Counted from the first letter of the stretch, positions 11,823 to 23,371 are shown. The stretch is 64,000 bases of DNA from Chloroflexota bacterium (GCA_965221905.1 OZ244922.1:2912001-2976000), one strand, 5' to 3'. Numbers and translations are program-made. Notes: a model not told the origin generated them from the letters alone.

Positions 11823-11879
11823 CCGTTCATGGTTCGACAGAGCCTGCACTGAGCTTGTCGAAGTGCTCACCACGAACGG
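11823..11879. repeat. CCGTTC...TTCGACA.GCTCA...GAACGG REP-like palindrome (nested double copy)
   Basis: CCGTTCATGGTTCGACAG[AGCCTGCACTGAGCTTGTCGAAGT]GCTCACCACGAACGG; same family as 26464/27633, 27655, 29560, 56696 and 56761. Confidence 0.75.
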
Positions 11880-11924
11880 TCTGCGGGCTGAAAATCTCTT
11901 CACAAGGGCCCCTGGACCGGAAAT

Positions 11925-12905
11925 CTAAAGAGGCAGAGAGATATCTCCACCTTGCTCAGCCGATTGGAACGTCGCCAGACACACTTCCAGGGCGCGGCGA
12001 CCGTCGTGGCCGTCGGGCATGGGCGGCGTGCCGTTGCGCGCAGAATCGTAGAAGGCGGCGAGTTGGTTGCGCATCCCCACACTGTGGCCTTCAACCTCGA
12101 TTTCCTCGCGCTTGCCGTCGTGGGTCACTAAGAGCGGACCGGAGTGCCTGCTGAGGTGAATTGCGCCCTTGGTGCCGGCAATGCCGAAGTTCGACGCCCC
12201 CGCCGGGTAGATCTGGCTGCTGTGCAGTGAACCAATGGCGCCATTCTCATAATTCAACGTCGTAATGAAGGTATCCTCGACGTCGGTATTGGCAAACGTG
12301 CCGAACGTGGCGTTACCGTGCACCGAAGCAACGGGACCGCCCATCCAGAGGAGCAAATCGAGCTCGTGCACGGACGACGACCACGTGCCGCCGACCGTCT
12401 CGCGCTTCAACCGCCACTCGCCGACGCCAAACGGGGGCCGTCCGCTCAATCGCGTCGACCACGCCAGCTTCAGATCACCGATGTCGCCGTTCTCCAATCG
12501 CTTATGCACTTCGACGTAGGTCGGCCAATACCGCATGACGAAGCCAAGCATGAGGGGCACGCCGTTCTTGTCTGTGGCTTCAATCATGGCATCGCAATCG
12601 TCGAGTTTCAGCGCCATAGGCTTCTCGCAAAATACGGCAATGCCGGCGTTGGCCGCGTCGACGCAGATTTCCCGATGCGTCCACGTGGGTGTTACAACCA
12701 AGACGGCATCCAGTTTCTCGTCCAAGAGATCTCCGTGGTTTGTAAACGCCTTGACGCCAAGTTCATCGGCCACCGCTTGGGCGGACTCGATGTTCACGTC
12801 CACTACACCGACCAACTCGATGCCTTCCATCTCATGCGAGATTTTCGCTTCGCTTGGCCCAAGTCCCCCGCACCCGATGACACCGGTACGCAACGTTTTC
12901 GCCAT
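11925..12905 (-). CDS. Gfo/Idh/MocA family oxidoreductase
   Basis: GVIGCGG Rossmann motif, FCEKPM, HELD; AGGAGG RBS before ATG 12905. Confidence 0.92.
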   Translation of the reverse strand: MAKTLRTGVIGCGGLGPSEAKISHEMEGIELVGVVDVNIESAQAVADELGVKAFTNHGDLLDEKLDAVLVVTPTWTHREICVDAANAGIAVFCEKPMALKLDDCDAMIEATDKNGVPLMLGFVMRYWPTYVEVHKRLENGDIGDLKLAWSTRLSGRPPFGVGEWRLKRETVGGTWSSSVHELDLLLWMGGPVASVHGNATFGTFANTDVEDTFITTLNYENGAIGSLHSSQIYPAGASNFGIAGTKGAIHLSRHSGPLLVTHDGKREEIEVEGHSVGMRNQLAAFYDSARNGTPPMPDGHDGRRALEVCLATFQSAEQGGDISLPL

Positions 12906-13107
12906 GGTCGAAACCTCCTTGTCGCTTACTAGCCTAAGACACATCCGTTTGCATCACGCGGATTTGGACATAATGATAGCAGCTAGCTTGCCCGATGGGA
13001 ACTGTGCGGCCGGTCGGGCGCCATCACGGTGTTGGAAGTGCCGCGCGCGTGCAAGTCTGGCTACAATAGAGCCATGGTTGTCTTGGTTATTCGCATAGGA
13101 GAACACA

Positions 13108-14151
13108 ATGGCGGAAAAGTTTCGCGTTGGCATTATTGGTTGCGGTTGGATGGGCAAGTCGCACGCGCAGGCGTATGCCGAGCTTGATAACGTACAAATG
13201 GCGGCCGCATCAGACACCCATTCCAAGTCTCTGGCGGAGTTGCAAAGCGAACACGGCATTCCCAGCGGCTATGCCGACTATCACGACATGCTGGCCAAAG
13301 AAGACTTGGACATCGTCAGCGTCTGCTCGTGGCCGGGACTGCATGCCCCGATGACGATTGCCGCCGCCGAGGCCAAGGTGCCCGGCATTATCTGCGAGAA
13401 GCCTATGACGCGCACACTGGCCGAGGCAGACGCGATGATTGCGGCCGCCGAGCAGCACGGTTCCAAGCTCGTGATCGGACACCAGGGACGCTTTCGCAAG
13501 CAGACGAACGCCATGCGCAGCCTCATCGCCGACGGCGCTATCGGCCGGGTGGAGATGCTCTACATTCAGCAAGCTGGCGGGCTCACGAATAGCTCGATTC
13601 ACAACGTGGACTATGCGCGCTACATTCTCGGCGATCCCAAAGTGGACTGGGTGATGGGTTCGGTTGAACGCCGCACCGACCGCTATGAGCGCGCCCAGCG
13701 CATCGAGGACCGCGCCCAAGCCCTCATCGGTTTTGAGGGCGGCGTGCGGGGCGTGTTGGAATCGGATATTGGTGACGACCGGCGGGTGCAGCCCTGCGTC
13801 GTCTACGGCTCTCACGGCAGCATCTTTCCCGGGAGCAAAGGCATACGGGTGCTGGACTCCAAAGGGATCACTGAGGTCTCGTTCAATGAGCCGAATACAC
13901 AGGCGCTTCAGGCGCAAGAGTTGATCGAGTGGATCCAGGGGCGGCGCGAGCATCGCGGGCGTGCACACAACGGCCGCCAAGCATTGGAAGTGCTGCTGGC
14001 GATATCCGCCTCAACATACACGCGCGGCATTGTCCGTCTGCCGCTGGAAATCACGGATTACCCGCTGGGGCTTGCCGTAGATGAGGGCGTACTGCCGGTC
14101 GAACAGCCCGGTGCCTACGACATCCGGGGCTATCTGGTGCGAAAAGACTGA
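13108..14151 (+). CDS. Gfo/Idh/MocA family oxidoreductase
   Basis: GIIGCGWMG, ICEKPM, HNVD. Confidence 0.92.
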   Translation: MAEKFRVGIIGCGWMGKSHAQAYAELDNVQMAAASDTHSKSLAELQSEHGIPSGYADYHDMLAKEDLDIVSVCSWPGLHAPMTIAAAEAKVPGIICEKPMTRTLAEADAMIAAAEQHGSKLVIGHQGRFRKQTNAMRSLIADGAIGRVEMLYIQQAGGLTNSSIHNVDYARYILGDPKVDWVMGSVERRTDRYERAQRIEDRAQALIGFEGGVRGVLESDIGDDRRVQPCVVYGSHGSIFPGSKGIRVLDSKGITEVSFNEPNTQALQAQELIEWIQGRREHRGRAHNGRQALEVLLAISASTYTRGIVRLPLEITDYPLGLAVDEGVLPVEQPGAYDIRGYLVRKD

Positions 14152-14242
14152 GCGGAGTACACTGTGGGAAAGGCGCAGACCCATAGACTGGATCTCCCAC
14201 CAATTGTGGTACATTGCAGTCTCACTTAAGGATGCCGACAGA

Positions 14243-14268
14243 CCGGTAGCGCAGGTTTGTAACCTGCG
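14243..14268 (+). repeat. GTAG-type REP
   Basis: CCGGTAGCGCAGGTTTGTAACCTGCG; near-identical copy on the minus strand at 54845-54873. Confidence 0.7.
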
Positions 14269-14366
14269 GCTCTTGGCAGCACTTTAATGAGAGGTATAAG
14301 ACCACACACTTAGGCACAACTGCCCGGTCGTTCATGACCTTGGGCGCAAAACAAGGAGCATTCGAC

Positions 14367-15413
14367 ATGGCGGTACAGAGCGCGCAGATACTGTCGCAGG
14401 ACGAGTTGGCGGCAAAACTTGTGGAGCAGCCTCGCGTTGAGCTAGGTACCTTTCCTACACCCCTAGACTCTTGTCCCCGGCTCTCCGAGGCCGTTGGCGG
14501 GCCGCCAATCTACATCAAGCGTGACGACCTCACGGGGCTGGCCCTGGGAGGCAACAAGACGCGGAATTTAGAGTTTCAAATTGGGTCAGCGCTGGCGCAA
14601 GGCTGCGATAGCGTAGTCGCCGGCGCCGATACCCAGTCGAACCAATGCCGTCAGGCCGCCGCGGCCTGCGCCAAGGTGGGGCTGGATTGCTTTCTCGTGC
14701 TCTCCGGCGGTCTCCACACGGAGGTTCAGGGCAACCTCCTGCTCGACCACATCTTTGGAGCGGACGTTACCGTGCTGGATGACGCGAACCTCGACAATCT
14801 GCAGGAGCAAATCGATCCCATCGAGGCGAATTTGCGCGCCCAGGGACGGAACCCGTACCGGATTACGAGCAAATATCCGGAACCGGCGCTGCGGGCGATG
14901 TGCGGCTACCTGAGTTGCGCTCTGGAGCTTTCGACACAGCTTCCGTCGCTCCCGCAACCGCCGAGCACTATTTTCATCACCTCCGGTTCCGGCACGACCC
15001 ACGCGGGCTTCGCTGCCGGTATCAAGGTGCTGGGATTGCCCATCAAGGTGATCGGCATCTCCATCAAGGAGCCCGCCGCCGAACAGCGCGAAAACGTAGC
15101 GGCACGCTCGCAAACGCTCGCGAAAGAGCTCGACATTCCCTGCGGCCTCTCAGTGGACGAGGTGCACGTATCGGGTGACTTTATCGGTGAGAAGTACGGC
15201 GTAGCGACACAGGATGGTATGGAAGCGCTGCGGCTCACGGCCCAGCAAGAGGGTATTCTGCTCGATCCGGTCTACACCGGCAAGACGATGTCCGGTGTCA
15301 TCGCCATGGCGCGCAGCGGCGGAGTCCCCGCCGATCAGCCGGTCGTCATGGTGCACACCGGCGGCATTCCGGCGCTCTTTGCCTACCACAACGAAGTCAA
15401 GGCTGCGCTGTAA
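14367..15413 (+). CDS. D-cysteine desulfhydrase / ACC deaminase family PLP enzyme
   Basis: KRDDLTGLALGGNKTR (PLP Lys), QSN, SGSGTT, LDPVYTGK, HTGG. Confidence 0.9.
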   Translation: MAVQSAQILSQDELAAKLVEQPRVELGTFPTPLDSCPRLSEAVGGPPIYIKRDDLTGLALGGNKTRNLEFQIGSALAQGCDSVVAGADTQSNQCRQAAAACAKVGLDCFLVLSGGLHTEVQGNLLLDHIFGADVTVLDDANLDNLQEQIDPIEANLRAQGRNPYRITSKYPEPALRAMCGYLSCALELSTQLPSLPQPPSTIFITSGSGTTHAGFAAGIKVLGLPIKVIGISIKEPAAEQRENVAARSQTLAKELDIPCGLSVDEVHVSGDFIGEKYGVATQDGMEALRLTAQQEGILLDPVYTGKTMSGVIAMARSGGVPADQPVVMVHTGGIPALFAYHNEVKAAL

Positions 15414-15508
15414 ACGGCTTGCACGTGTTCAGTCTCTGTGGGTTGCCCCTCTCTTCTCCTAGGGACAATTGTTGCGGAGAGGTGTTCCTTACAGATAGTG
15501 ATCGTGAC

Positions 15509-15537
15509 TTGCCTTGCCGCCCGCGACTGAGTATAAT
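15509..15537 (+). promoter_or_regulatory. Putative sigma70 promoter
   Basis: TTGCCT-N17-TATAAT upstream of the solute-binding gene. Confidence 0.55.
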
Positions 15538-15698
15538 CGCACAGTTTCGCCATGATGAACATTGCATCTAGCTTGACTAGGCATTGTTACCCAAATACAA
15601 TTCTGACAGTGTGAAAGCTAGGGTCACGCCTTTCGGGGTACTTGTGGATTGGCCATGAGGTCTCGTTGAAGGCGCAAAGCAGCAGGAGGTACTTCACG

Positions 15699-17111
15699 AT
15701 GAGGTTGGCACGTTCTATGAAAGTCACACGGCGCACGGCGCTCGCGGGCGTGGGGGCAGGCGCCCTTGGCGCGGTGATTGCCGCTGCGTGCGGACAGGCG
15801 ACGATGACGCCAGAGGAAGCACCGAAGGCTGAGATGAAGGAGGAAGCGCCCAAGGCCGAGGCTACGGCAATGCCGGAGGTCGAAACTACGACAATTTCCA
15901 TGATCTCGGCGGAGAAGCCGACCACTCGTCCCGTTCTGGAGCCGATCCTCGCCGATTTTACCGGGCAGATGCCGCACATTGCGGTTGACCTGGTGCCTTC
16001 CGGCGGCTGGGGCGAGGTGAGAACCAAGTTCTATGCGGCTCAAGCGGCCGGCGACCCGATCAACATCATGGAGAATGGCTGGAGCGCAGTTCTGACCACG
16101 TTTGAGACCGGCGTGACGATTGACCTCGCGCCATTCTTTACGCGGGACAAGATTGACCCGGAGGCTACCTTTGCCGCGCCGGCGATTGGCATGTGGACGG
16201 TTGAGGGTAAAATCCTCGGGATGCCGATCACCATGTCGGTGGATTCAATGGCCTATAACGTTGATCTCTTCGAGGCGAACGGTATCAATCCGCTGCCGGT
16301 GGACTTGGACGATACCGATTGGAATATGGAAACCTTCTTGGACTTGGCAACCAAGCTCACCAACGACGACCGCACGCAGTTCGGGCACGGCGGCGGCATT
16401 ACCTGCTCCAACGGCGGCGGTATTGGCACCGGCACCTATTGGGGGGCGGGCCCGTGGGACTCGGCAGCCGGCCGCGCAACCATAGACACGCCGGAATTCA
16501 TCGATGCCCTGGACTGGTGGCGCGATTTCGGCGACAGCCACCGCGTGACGCCAAACGCTGACGAGCGTGCAGGGGCCATGGGCGGCCAGAGCGGCAACGT
16601 CTTCATGTCCGGCAAAGTGGCGATGCAGCTTACGTGCACTTCGTTCCGGGATGCGCCCTTCCGTTGGGCCATAGGGACAATGCCGTACTCCGGCGAGGGG
16701 CAGAGTCAATCGGGACGAACGTGGACCCATCCGCTGCAGATGGCGGATGACGGCACCGATCAGAACGATCGCTCGTGGGACCTCTTCAAGTGGCTCCTCC
16801 AGCCCGAGAACGGCGGACGGTATCCGCCGTCTGCGGGCCACGTGGTCTCGCCGCTCCTCGATGACAACGCTTCCACGCTCGCGCAGGAAGGCTACAAAGA
16901 GAGCCTGGGCGTTGATCCCAGAGCGTTCTTGCTCCATTCACGCACGACGAAACCGGCCGGTTGGGGCCTCTGGACGTTTACCGAGTTCGGAGAAATTTCC
17001 GGCGATCTCAATGCTCGTTACCGCGACGAGTTCAATGCCGGCACGCTTACGGCGGCGGAGTATTCACGCTGGGCCGCTGATCTCATCAATGCGACCCTTG
17101 GTGGTAAGTAG
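15699..17111 (+). CDS. Extracellular solute-binding lipoprotein, Tat signal
   Basis: TRRTAL, AACG lipobox, AYNVDLF..G, FMSGKVAM; AGGAGG RBS. Confidence 0.87.
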   Translation: MRLARSMKVTRRTALAGVGAGALGAVIAAACGQATMTPEEAPKAEMKEEAPKAEATAMPEVETTTISMISAEKPTTRPVLEPILADFTGQMPHIAVDLVPSGGWGEVRTKFYAAQAAGDPINIMENGWSAVLTTFETGVTIDLAPFFTRDKIDPEATFAAPAIGMWTVEGKILGMPITMSVDSMAYNVDLFEANGINPLPVDLDDTDWNMETFLDLATKLTNDDRTQFGHGGGITCSNGGGIGTGTYWGAGPWDSAAGRATIDTPEFIDALDWWRDFGDSHRVTPNADERAGAMGGQSGNVFMSGKVAMQLTCTSFRDAPFRWAIGTMPYSGEGQSQSGRTWTHPLQMADDGTDQNDRSWDLFKWLLQPENGGRYPPSAGHVVSPLLDDNASTLAQEGYKESLGVDPRAFLLHSRTTKPAGWGLWTFTEFGEISGDLNARYRDEFNAGTLTAAEYSRWAADLINATLGGK

Positions 17112-17203
17112 TCGGATTCACCGTTAGCCAGGGCACCGAGTTTCGCTTCTCCAAAGCGTAGCTATAGGGCCTGGACGCGGGAATATTCGTCAAAGGGGCG
17201 ACG

Positions 17204-17436
17204 CGTAGGGGCACGATATATCGTGCCCCTACGTGATAGTTGAGGAAGACACTCCCCGTAATTCTCGCGGAAGCGGGAATCAATCTTAATGGTGCCCGGT
17301 TGTCTCATAACGGGGTGCAGCGAGAGTACACACAGGCTCTACAGTTTACGGATCGCTTTCCTATCCACGCGAGGAGCCATGCAACAATGAGCCCCTGCAA
17401 CCAATTGAGATTCCTTGCTTCCGCTCGGAATGACGG
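17204..17436. repeat. Cluster of palindromic repeats (GTAG-REP plus GTCATTCC-type units)
   Basis: CGTAGGGGCACGATATATCGTGCCCCTACG (17204-17233); CCGTAATTCTCGCGGAAGCGGGAATC (17256-17281); GAGATTCCTTGCTTCCGCTCGGAATGACGG (17407-17436). Confidence 0.75.
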
Positions 17437-17457
17437 TACCGCTGAAGGAGAACTGGT

Positions 17458-18927
17458 GTGGCGGATCTCCCACAAGGTGAGCTAAGACTCGGTGTCGGCG
17501 CCGAGCGCATCAACCCGCCTCTTGGCGTGCCGCTGCCGTTAGCCTATTCCGGCGGCGGCTCACCGGTTGCAGTAGAGGGCAGGTACGATGACTGCTGGGC
17601 GCGGGCGCTGGTGCTGGAGCAGGGGGAAACCCGCCTAGCAGTCGTTGCGGTTGACCTCTGCACCATGCGCGACGACCAGTACCAAGCGATAGTCGACCGC
17701 ATCGCCGCCCGCTGCCGGATTCCTGACGAAAACATTCTTATTGCGTGCACGCACAATCATTCCAACGCGTCGCTCTTAGAACCGTTCGATGCGCCGCCCT
17801 CGCCATGGCAGGAAACCCTGAATGACCTGATCGTCTCTGCCGTCTATCAAGCATCCCGGAGTCTGGATCCGGTGTCTCGTATCCGCTTCGCTACGGCGAA
17901 GTACGGGCACGTCGCGCATAACCGGCGCGTGGTGCTGCCGGACGTCTGCGACGAAGTCGAAGTCGTGTGCATGCTCATCGGCGCTGAACCGAAATGGGAA
18001 GCCATTGTAGAGCGGTTGGCAGTCGCGCTAGGAACGACACGGGAACAGTTGGGCATCTCGAGCAAACCCATAGAGCCCCAAGGGATTGTAGACGATGATT
18101 TAAGACTGTTGACCTTCGAATCCGGCGAGGGCAAGACGCTAGCCAGCATCGTGAGTGCCGCGTGTCACCCGGTTACCCACAGCTTCGCCGACCGGCATAC
18201 GTGCGCCGACTACCCCGGTTATCTTGTAAGGCTTGTGGAGCATGAGTTGGGTGGGATGGGCCTCTTCCTGCAAGGCTGCAGCGGCGACGTGCGCCCGCGC
18301 TATCAGGAATCTGTATATTCGGAAGTAGAACGGGTAGGCCGACAGTTCGGCAGCGCATTGCTTCAGGCGGTGAGCAGGCTGCAGGACGCCAAGGGGCCGC
18401 ACGTTATCGGCGCTGTGAAGCAACAGATCGAGCTGCCGTTGAAGCAGTACCAAACGCGCGAACAGCAGCAGTCCCGACTTGATGAGCTGGAGCAAGCGCT
18501 GGGGGAGATGGCCCAAACTCCGGCAGCGAGCGCCGCAGTCATCCGGGAACGTTGGGCTGTGAATCAGGAATGCGCGTTTCTGCGCTACCAATTGCGGTGG
18601 GGGGATTTGGAAACCCGGCAGACAGACTTGAAACGACAAAGTGTCGGAGCGATGCTGCAGGCCGTTCGGTTGGGAAATGTACTCTTGCTCACCTCGCCCG
18701 CAGAGGTCTTTGCCGCGACGGGCATAGAACTCTCCGCCTGGGCGGCAGAACAGGGCTGGCAAGGCAGTATCGTCTCATCCTGCACGAACGGGTACATCAA
18801 CTACATCCCACCCCGCGCAGAGGCGGAGCGGGGCGGCTTCGAGCCAAGCTGTACTATGCTTGCTCCAGGCTCATGCGAACAGATGGTTGTCGCATTGGAG
18901 GCGCTGGAGCAGCAGCTCTCGGACTAG
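17458..18927 (+). CDS. Neutral/alkaline ceramidase-like hydrolase
   Basis: ARALVL, CTHNHS, ACHP, ADYPG, FLQGCSGDV, PAEVF, NGYINYIP motifs. Confidence 0.8.
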   Translation: MADLPQGELRLGVGAERINPPLGVPLPLAYSGGGSPVAVEGRYDDCWARALVLEQGETRLAVVAVDLCTMRDDQYQAIVDRIAARCRIPDENILIACTHNHSNASLLEPFDAPPSPWQETLNDLIVSAVYQASRSLDPVSRIRFATAKYGHVAHNRRVVLPDVCDEVEVVCMLIGAEPKWEAIVERLAVALGTTREQLGISSKPIEPQGIVDDDLRLLTFESGEGKTLASIVSAACHPVTHSFADRHTCADYPGYLVRLVEHELGGMGLFLQGCSGDVRPRYQESVYSEVERVGRQFGSALLQAVSRLQDAKGPHVIGAVKQQIELPLKQYQTREQQQSRLDELEQALGEMAQTPAASAAVIRERWAVNQECAFLRYQLRWGDLETRQTDLKRQSVGAMLQAVRLGNVLLLTSPAEVFAATGIELSAWAAEQGWQGSIVSSCTNGYINYIPPRAEAERGGFEPSCTMLAPGSCEQMVVALEALEQQLSD

Positions 18928-19032
18928 GCCGATCCCGGCTGATCCTCTTGAATTCTTGCAGTAACAGAGGAACACCGCATTCAGGAGACACGTTGGGTAA
19001 AGAGCCGCGGAATGTCCCTTCAATCCGAATGC

Positions 19033-19056
19033 AAAAGAGCGCCCAAATGGGCGCTC
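19033..19056 (-). terminator. Intrinsic terminator (ftsH)
   Basis: Stem GAGCGCCCA/TGGGCGCTC followed by a U-tract on the minus strand. Confidence 0.6.
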
Positions 19057-19109
19057 CCTCATTCCCGTAGCACTACCGGGACCTGCCATCGGCCGGCCCA
19101 GCAGAAATT

Positions 19110-21071
19110 CTATGTCGCCATGCCCGGATAGGGTCGCGTGCGGGATTTATTGGCGCTATCGTCGCTGTCTTGCGGCGGTGAGGCCGGCTGTTGGTCTTCA
19201 TTGTCCACAAGGGTACTTGCCGCCTGTGTATCCAGGTCATCGGAGGGTTCAGGCTTCTCTTCGAAGAAGGAACTGAAAGCCTTCCCGTCGAAGGTCTCCA
19301 CCTCCATCAACGTTTCGGCAATCTCCACGAGCTTGTCTTTGTTCTCGGTGAGTACGCTCGATGCCCTATCGTGGGCCTCCTGGATCAGGCCTTCGACTTC
19401 GCCATCGATATCTTGCGCAACGGCCTCGCTGTAGTTGCGCTGCTCTTGAATGTCGCGTCCCAAGAAAATCAGTTCTTCCTTACGGCCGAACGCGCGGGGG
19501 CCAAGCTTCTCGCTCATGCCGTATTCCATCACCATACGTCGCGCCAAGCTGGTGGCCATCTCGATATCGTTGGAAGCTCCGGTGGTCATCTCGCCAAAGA
19601 CCAGCACCTCAGCCGCGTATCCACCGAGGGCAAACGCTATCTGCTGCCTAAATTGGGAACGCGTCCAAAGGTGGCGGTCTTCCGGCGGGAGAACCCGCGT
19701 GTATCCACCGGCACGACCCCGTGCCACGATGGAAATCTTGTGTACCGGGTCGACGTCCGGCAGCAATTGCGCCACCAGAGCGTGGCCCACCTCATGGAAC
19801 GCCGTGACTTTCTTCTCGCGAGGGCTGATGATGCGACTGCGCCGTTCCGGCCCGGCAAGCACGCGCTCGACGGCTTCTTCAACCTCTTCCTGGCTGATGG
19901 CCTTCTTATTGCGTCTCGCGGCCAGCAACGCCGCCTCATTGAGCAAATTCTTCAGGTCTGCACCGGAAAAGCCTGGCGTTTGTCGCGCAATGGTCTCCAA
20001 ATTCAAGTCTTCCGCCAGCGGCTTGTCCTTGCCATAGAGTTGCAGAATGTGCTCGCGGCCCCTCACGTCGGGGCGGTCAAGGACCACCTGCCGGTCGAAG
20101 CGGCCAGGGCGCAGGAGGGCAGGGTCCAGCACGTCGGGGCGGTTTGTCGCCGCCAGCACGATCACGTTGACACTGCTCTCGAAGCCATCCATCTCCACGA
20201 GAATTTGGTTAAGGGTTTGTTCGCGCTCGTCGTGGCTACCGCCCAGCCCGGCGCCGCGTTGCCGACCAACGGCGTCGATTTCGTCAATGAAGACGATGCA
20301 GGGCGCGTTGCGTTTGGCTTGGTCGAAAAGGTCGCGCACCCGCGAGGCGCCGACGCCAACGAACATTTCGACGAATTCCGAACCGCTAATACTGAAGAAC
20401 GGCACGCCTGCCTCACCGGCTACGGCCCGGGAAATATGCGTCTTGCCGGTTCCGGGCGGTCCCACGAGCAGTACGCCTTTAGGAATCTGCGCGCCTAACG
20501 CCTGGAAGCGCTCAGGATACTTGAGGAACGCCACAACCTCTTGCAGTTCCTCTTTTGCCTCCTCCACACCAGCCACTTCTGCAAATGTGATGGTTGGGTT
20601 GTTGCTCTTGAAGACTCTGGCTTTGCTCTTGCCAAACGAGAGAGCCTGATTATTCGAGCCCTGCGCCTGGCGCATCATGAGCAGCAGAATTCCGCCAAAG
20701 ATGAGAATAGGAAGGAAGGTGCCGATAATGGGAAGGAAATTGCTGAATTGGCTGGGCTCTTGCACCGACACGTCGACTTGATCGTAACCGACGCCGCTGT
20801 TGTGCAGTGCCTCAAGAATGTCAAACTGTTCCCACTTGAGAGTGGTGACCCGCCTTTCGCCAATCTCAGCTATGAGGCGGTTGTCTGAAATTATAACGTG
20901 CGGGAGCTCGCTGCTTGTCCACGCGGCATCCTGGACAATAGCAATGAATTCGGATAGGGAAACTTTAGTATTCTCGCGCGGCTCCGGAGCAAACAGGGTA
21001 AAGATGATAGCCAGAATCGCTACCGTGATGACCAGGTAGACGAAACCATTCTTCAACCACTTATTATCCAC
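19110..21071 (-). CDS. ftsH: ATP-dependent zinc metalloprotease FtsH
   Basis: Two TM helices, [21 protein letters not shown] motif, HEVGH zinc site. Confidence 0.98.
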   Translation of the reverse strand: MDNKWLKNGFVYLVITVAILAIIFTLFAPEPRENTKVSLSEFIAIVQDAAWTSSELPHVIISDNRLIAEIGERRVTTLKWEQFDILEALHNSGVGYDQVDVSVQEPSQFSNFLPIIGTFLPILIFGGILLLMMRQAQGSNNQALSFGKSKARVFKSNNPTITFAEVAGVEEAKEELQEVVAFLKYPERFQALGAQIPKGVLLVGPPGTGKTHISRAVAGEAGVPFFSISGSEFVEMFVGVGASRVRDLFDQAKRNAPCIVFIDEIDAVGRQRGAGLGGSHDEREQTLNQILVEMDGFESSVNVIVLAATNRPDVLDPALLRPGRFDRQVVLDRPDVRGREHILQLYGKDKPLAEDLNLETIARQTPGFSGADLKNLLNEAALLAARRNKKAISQEEVEEAVERVLAGPERRSRIISPREKKVTAFHEVGHALVAQLLPDVDPVHKISIVARGRAGGYTRVLPPEDRHLWTRSQFRQQIAFALGGYAAEVLVFGEMTTGASNDIEMATSLARRMVMEYGMSEKLGPRAFGRKEELIFLGRDIQEQRNYSEAVAQDIDGEVEGLIQEAHDRASSVLTENKDKLVEIAETLMEVETFDGKAFSSFFEEKPEPSDDLDTQAASTLVDNEDQQPASPPQDSDDSANKSRTRPYPGMAT

Positions 21072-21469
21072 TACGCTCTCCCTAAATCAGACGCTCTGTA
21101 TAGGACAACGTTCGCTATATTTCATTATGTGGTCGCCACGCTCATTATACCATACCGCTTTGCGCACAAATTCACCTACGTGCCTCTCGTTTTGCGCCGT
21201 CCTTTAGTACCTGCCGGGCGGCGGAACTGTCAGTCACGCTCTTTGCTTTAGGTCAGTTCTTGGTTGCGGAGCTCTGCGCCGCGAGATTCCAATCAATTGA
21301 GAGAAGCCTATACATTCTGACTTGCCCCTGCGCTAAACATGAACCAATGTACGTCGCAGTGCTAGTTTAGAGAGTTAGGGCTTTAGGCATGCTTGAAAGG
21401 AGGGTTACGCGCCCAATGAAAAGCAGACTTGAGGTATCGCATCATCGACATGATGTCAAATCAAGACAT

Positions 21470-23371
21470 CTATGTCGATGGTACAGTACTTGGCTTGCCG
21501 GCGGTTTCCTCAACTTCCATGCCTGAGGTGACACCGGTTGTGTAGAGATCGGCATAGAATCCCCTTGCTGCCAGCAAGTCTTCGTGCACACCGCGCTCAA
21601 CGATCTTCCCGTCGCGCAGCACGAGGATGTTGTCTGCGTTCTTGATGGTTGAGAGGCGGTGGGCAATGACGAACGCCGTGCGTCCTTGCAGGAGGGTAGC
21701 AAGGGCACGCTGGATGAGGATTTCTGTGTGGGCGTCGACACTGCTCGTCGCCTCATCGAGAATCAGGATGTGCGGATCGATGAGCAGCGCGCGGGCAAAG
21801 CAGATCAACTGCCGTTGCCCGACGGAGAGTCTTCCGCCTCGCTCCATCACCGCAGTTTCGTAGCCATCCGGCAGACGTTGGATGAAGCCATCGATCCCCA
21901 CGGTTCGCGCCGCTGACTCAACCTCTTCCATGCTGGCCTCGGGCTTACCGTAGCGGATGTTTTCCAAAATCGAGCCGGAAAAGAGGAAACTATCTTGGAG
22001 CACCATACCAACTTGGCGGCGCAGCGAACCAATCTGCACGTCCCGCAAGTCGTGGCCGTCAATTACGATACGCCCTTGCTGCACGTCGTAGAAGCGCATC
22101 AGAAGATTTACGATGGACGTCTTGCCCGCGCCGGTGGGGCCCACGAGCGCTATCGTCTCGCCCGGCTTCGCTTCCAAGTTGATCTCTGAAAGCACCGGTT
22201 GCTCAGGATCGTAGCCAAACGTCACGTCTTGGAAACGCACGTGACCGTCCACTACCGCCAGCGCCAACGCGTCCGGTTTGTCGACAATCTCGGGGTCGGT
22301 ATCGAGCAAGGCAAAGATGCGCTCGCCGCCCGCCATCGCTTGCTGGAGGTTGGTGTACCAGGCCGAAATCTCACGGATGGGATTGAAAAATTGCTGGACG
22401 TATGAAAGAAACGCCACCAAGACTCCGATACTGATTGCTCCATTCAGCACGCGATATCCGCCATAGACAATCACCAAACCGATAGCCAGCGCAGTGACGA
22501 GCTCCACCGCCGGCGGGAACGCCGCCATAACGCGCGCCGCCCGTACCGAGGCGTCGAGATTCTCACGGTTGGTGCCCTGAAATTGACGGTAGTTGAGATC
22601 CTCGCGCGTAAAGGATTGGGCAACGCGCACACCACTGATGTTCTCTTGCAGATTCGCGTAGACCTTGCCGACTCTGTGCCGTACCTCACGAAACCGGCTC
22701 CGCGCTTGGCCACTGAATATGCGCGTAATCAAAAACATGATCGGCAACACCACGAACGTAGCGAGCGAGAGCATGGGATCCAAAATCACCATGACACCAA
22801 GAATGAGGCCGAGACCCAACAGATCGGCCACGAGCGTCATAGTGCCCTGGGAGAAGGCATTGTTGAGGGCGTTCACGTCGCTCGTAACGCGGGCAATGAT
22901 CACGCCGATTTCATTGCTATCGAAGTAACGAAATGAGAGCTTCTGCAGGTGGGTAACGACCTGTACCCGGAGGGCGTGCAGCATGCGCTGCGATATGGCC
23001 GCGATCATGGCGCCGTGCGTATAGGAAGCCACACCCATGACTATAAGGCTAAGTAAATAGAAGACTGCCGCAAATGCCAGCATGCGTGTGTCTTCTTTGA
23101 CAATGCCGTCGTCGATTGCAATTTTTATTAGGAGTGGCCCAGCCATAGTTGCACACGACGTAACCAGCACGAGAAAGATGGCCACGAAGAGCTGTCCGCG
23201 ATGAGGTACAAGATACGGCAGCATGCGCTTGACGACGTTCTGGTCGAAGAGCTTGGCGTCCGGGTCGAGTTCGGCAAACTCGTCGCCGCCTCGCCAACTG
23301 CTGCTTCCCCGCGACCCCATACTGCCGCCGCCGCGCCAGCCGCCGCCCATGTCGGAGCCACCGCTTATCAT
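21470..23371 (-). CDS. ABC exporter subunit (TMD+NBD)
   Basis: GPTGAGKT, LSVGQRQ, ILDEATSS, IAHRLST. Confidence 0.95.
   Translation of the reverse strand: MISGGSDMGGGWRGGGSMGSRGSSSWRGGDEFAELDPDAKLFDQNVVKRMLPYLVPHRGQLFVAIFLVLVTSCATMAGPLLIKIAIDDGIVKEDTRMLAFAAVFYLLSLIVMGVASYTHGAMIAAISQRMLHALRVQVVTHLQKLSFRYFDSNEIGVIIARVTSDVNALNNAFSQGTMTLVADLLGLGLILGVMVILDPMLSLATFVVLPIMFLITRIFSGQARSRFREVRHRVGKVYANLQENISGVRVAQSFTREDLNYRQFQGTNRENLDASVRAARVMAAFPPAVELVTALAIGLVIVYGGYRVLNGAISIGVLVAFLSYVQQFFNPIREISAWYTNLQQAMAGGERIFALLDTDPEIVDKPDALALAVVDGHVRFQDVTFGYDPEQPVLSEINLEAKPGETIALVGPTGAGKTSIVNLLMRFYDVQQGRIVIDGHDLRDVQIGSLRRQVGMVLQDSFLFSGSILENIRYGKPEASMEEVESAARTVGIDGFIQRLPDGYETAVMERGGRLSVGQRQLICFARALLIDPHILILDEATSSVDAHTEILIQRALATLLQGRTAFVIAHRLSTIKNADNILVLRDGKIVERGVHEDLLAARGFYADLYTTGVTSGMEVEETAGKPSTVPST

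Noticed and set aside
11330-11900. Long intergenic region with inverted TTGACAATC/GATTGTCAA and a 180-aa ORF (11612-12154)
   Set aside because: No well-spaced -10 boxes found; the ORF runs through a REP unit and antisense into a real gene.
19191-20498. 435-aa plus-strand ORF
   Set aside because: Antisense shadow of ftsH, typical of GC-rich codon bias; no motifs.
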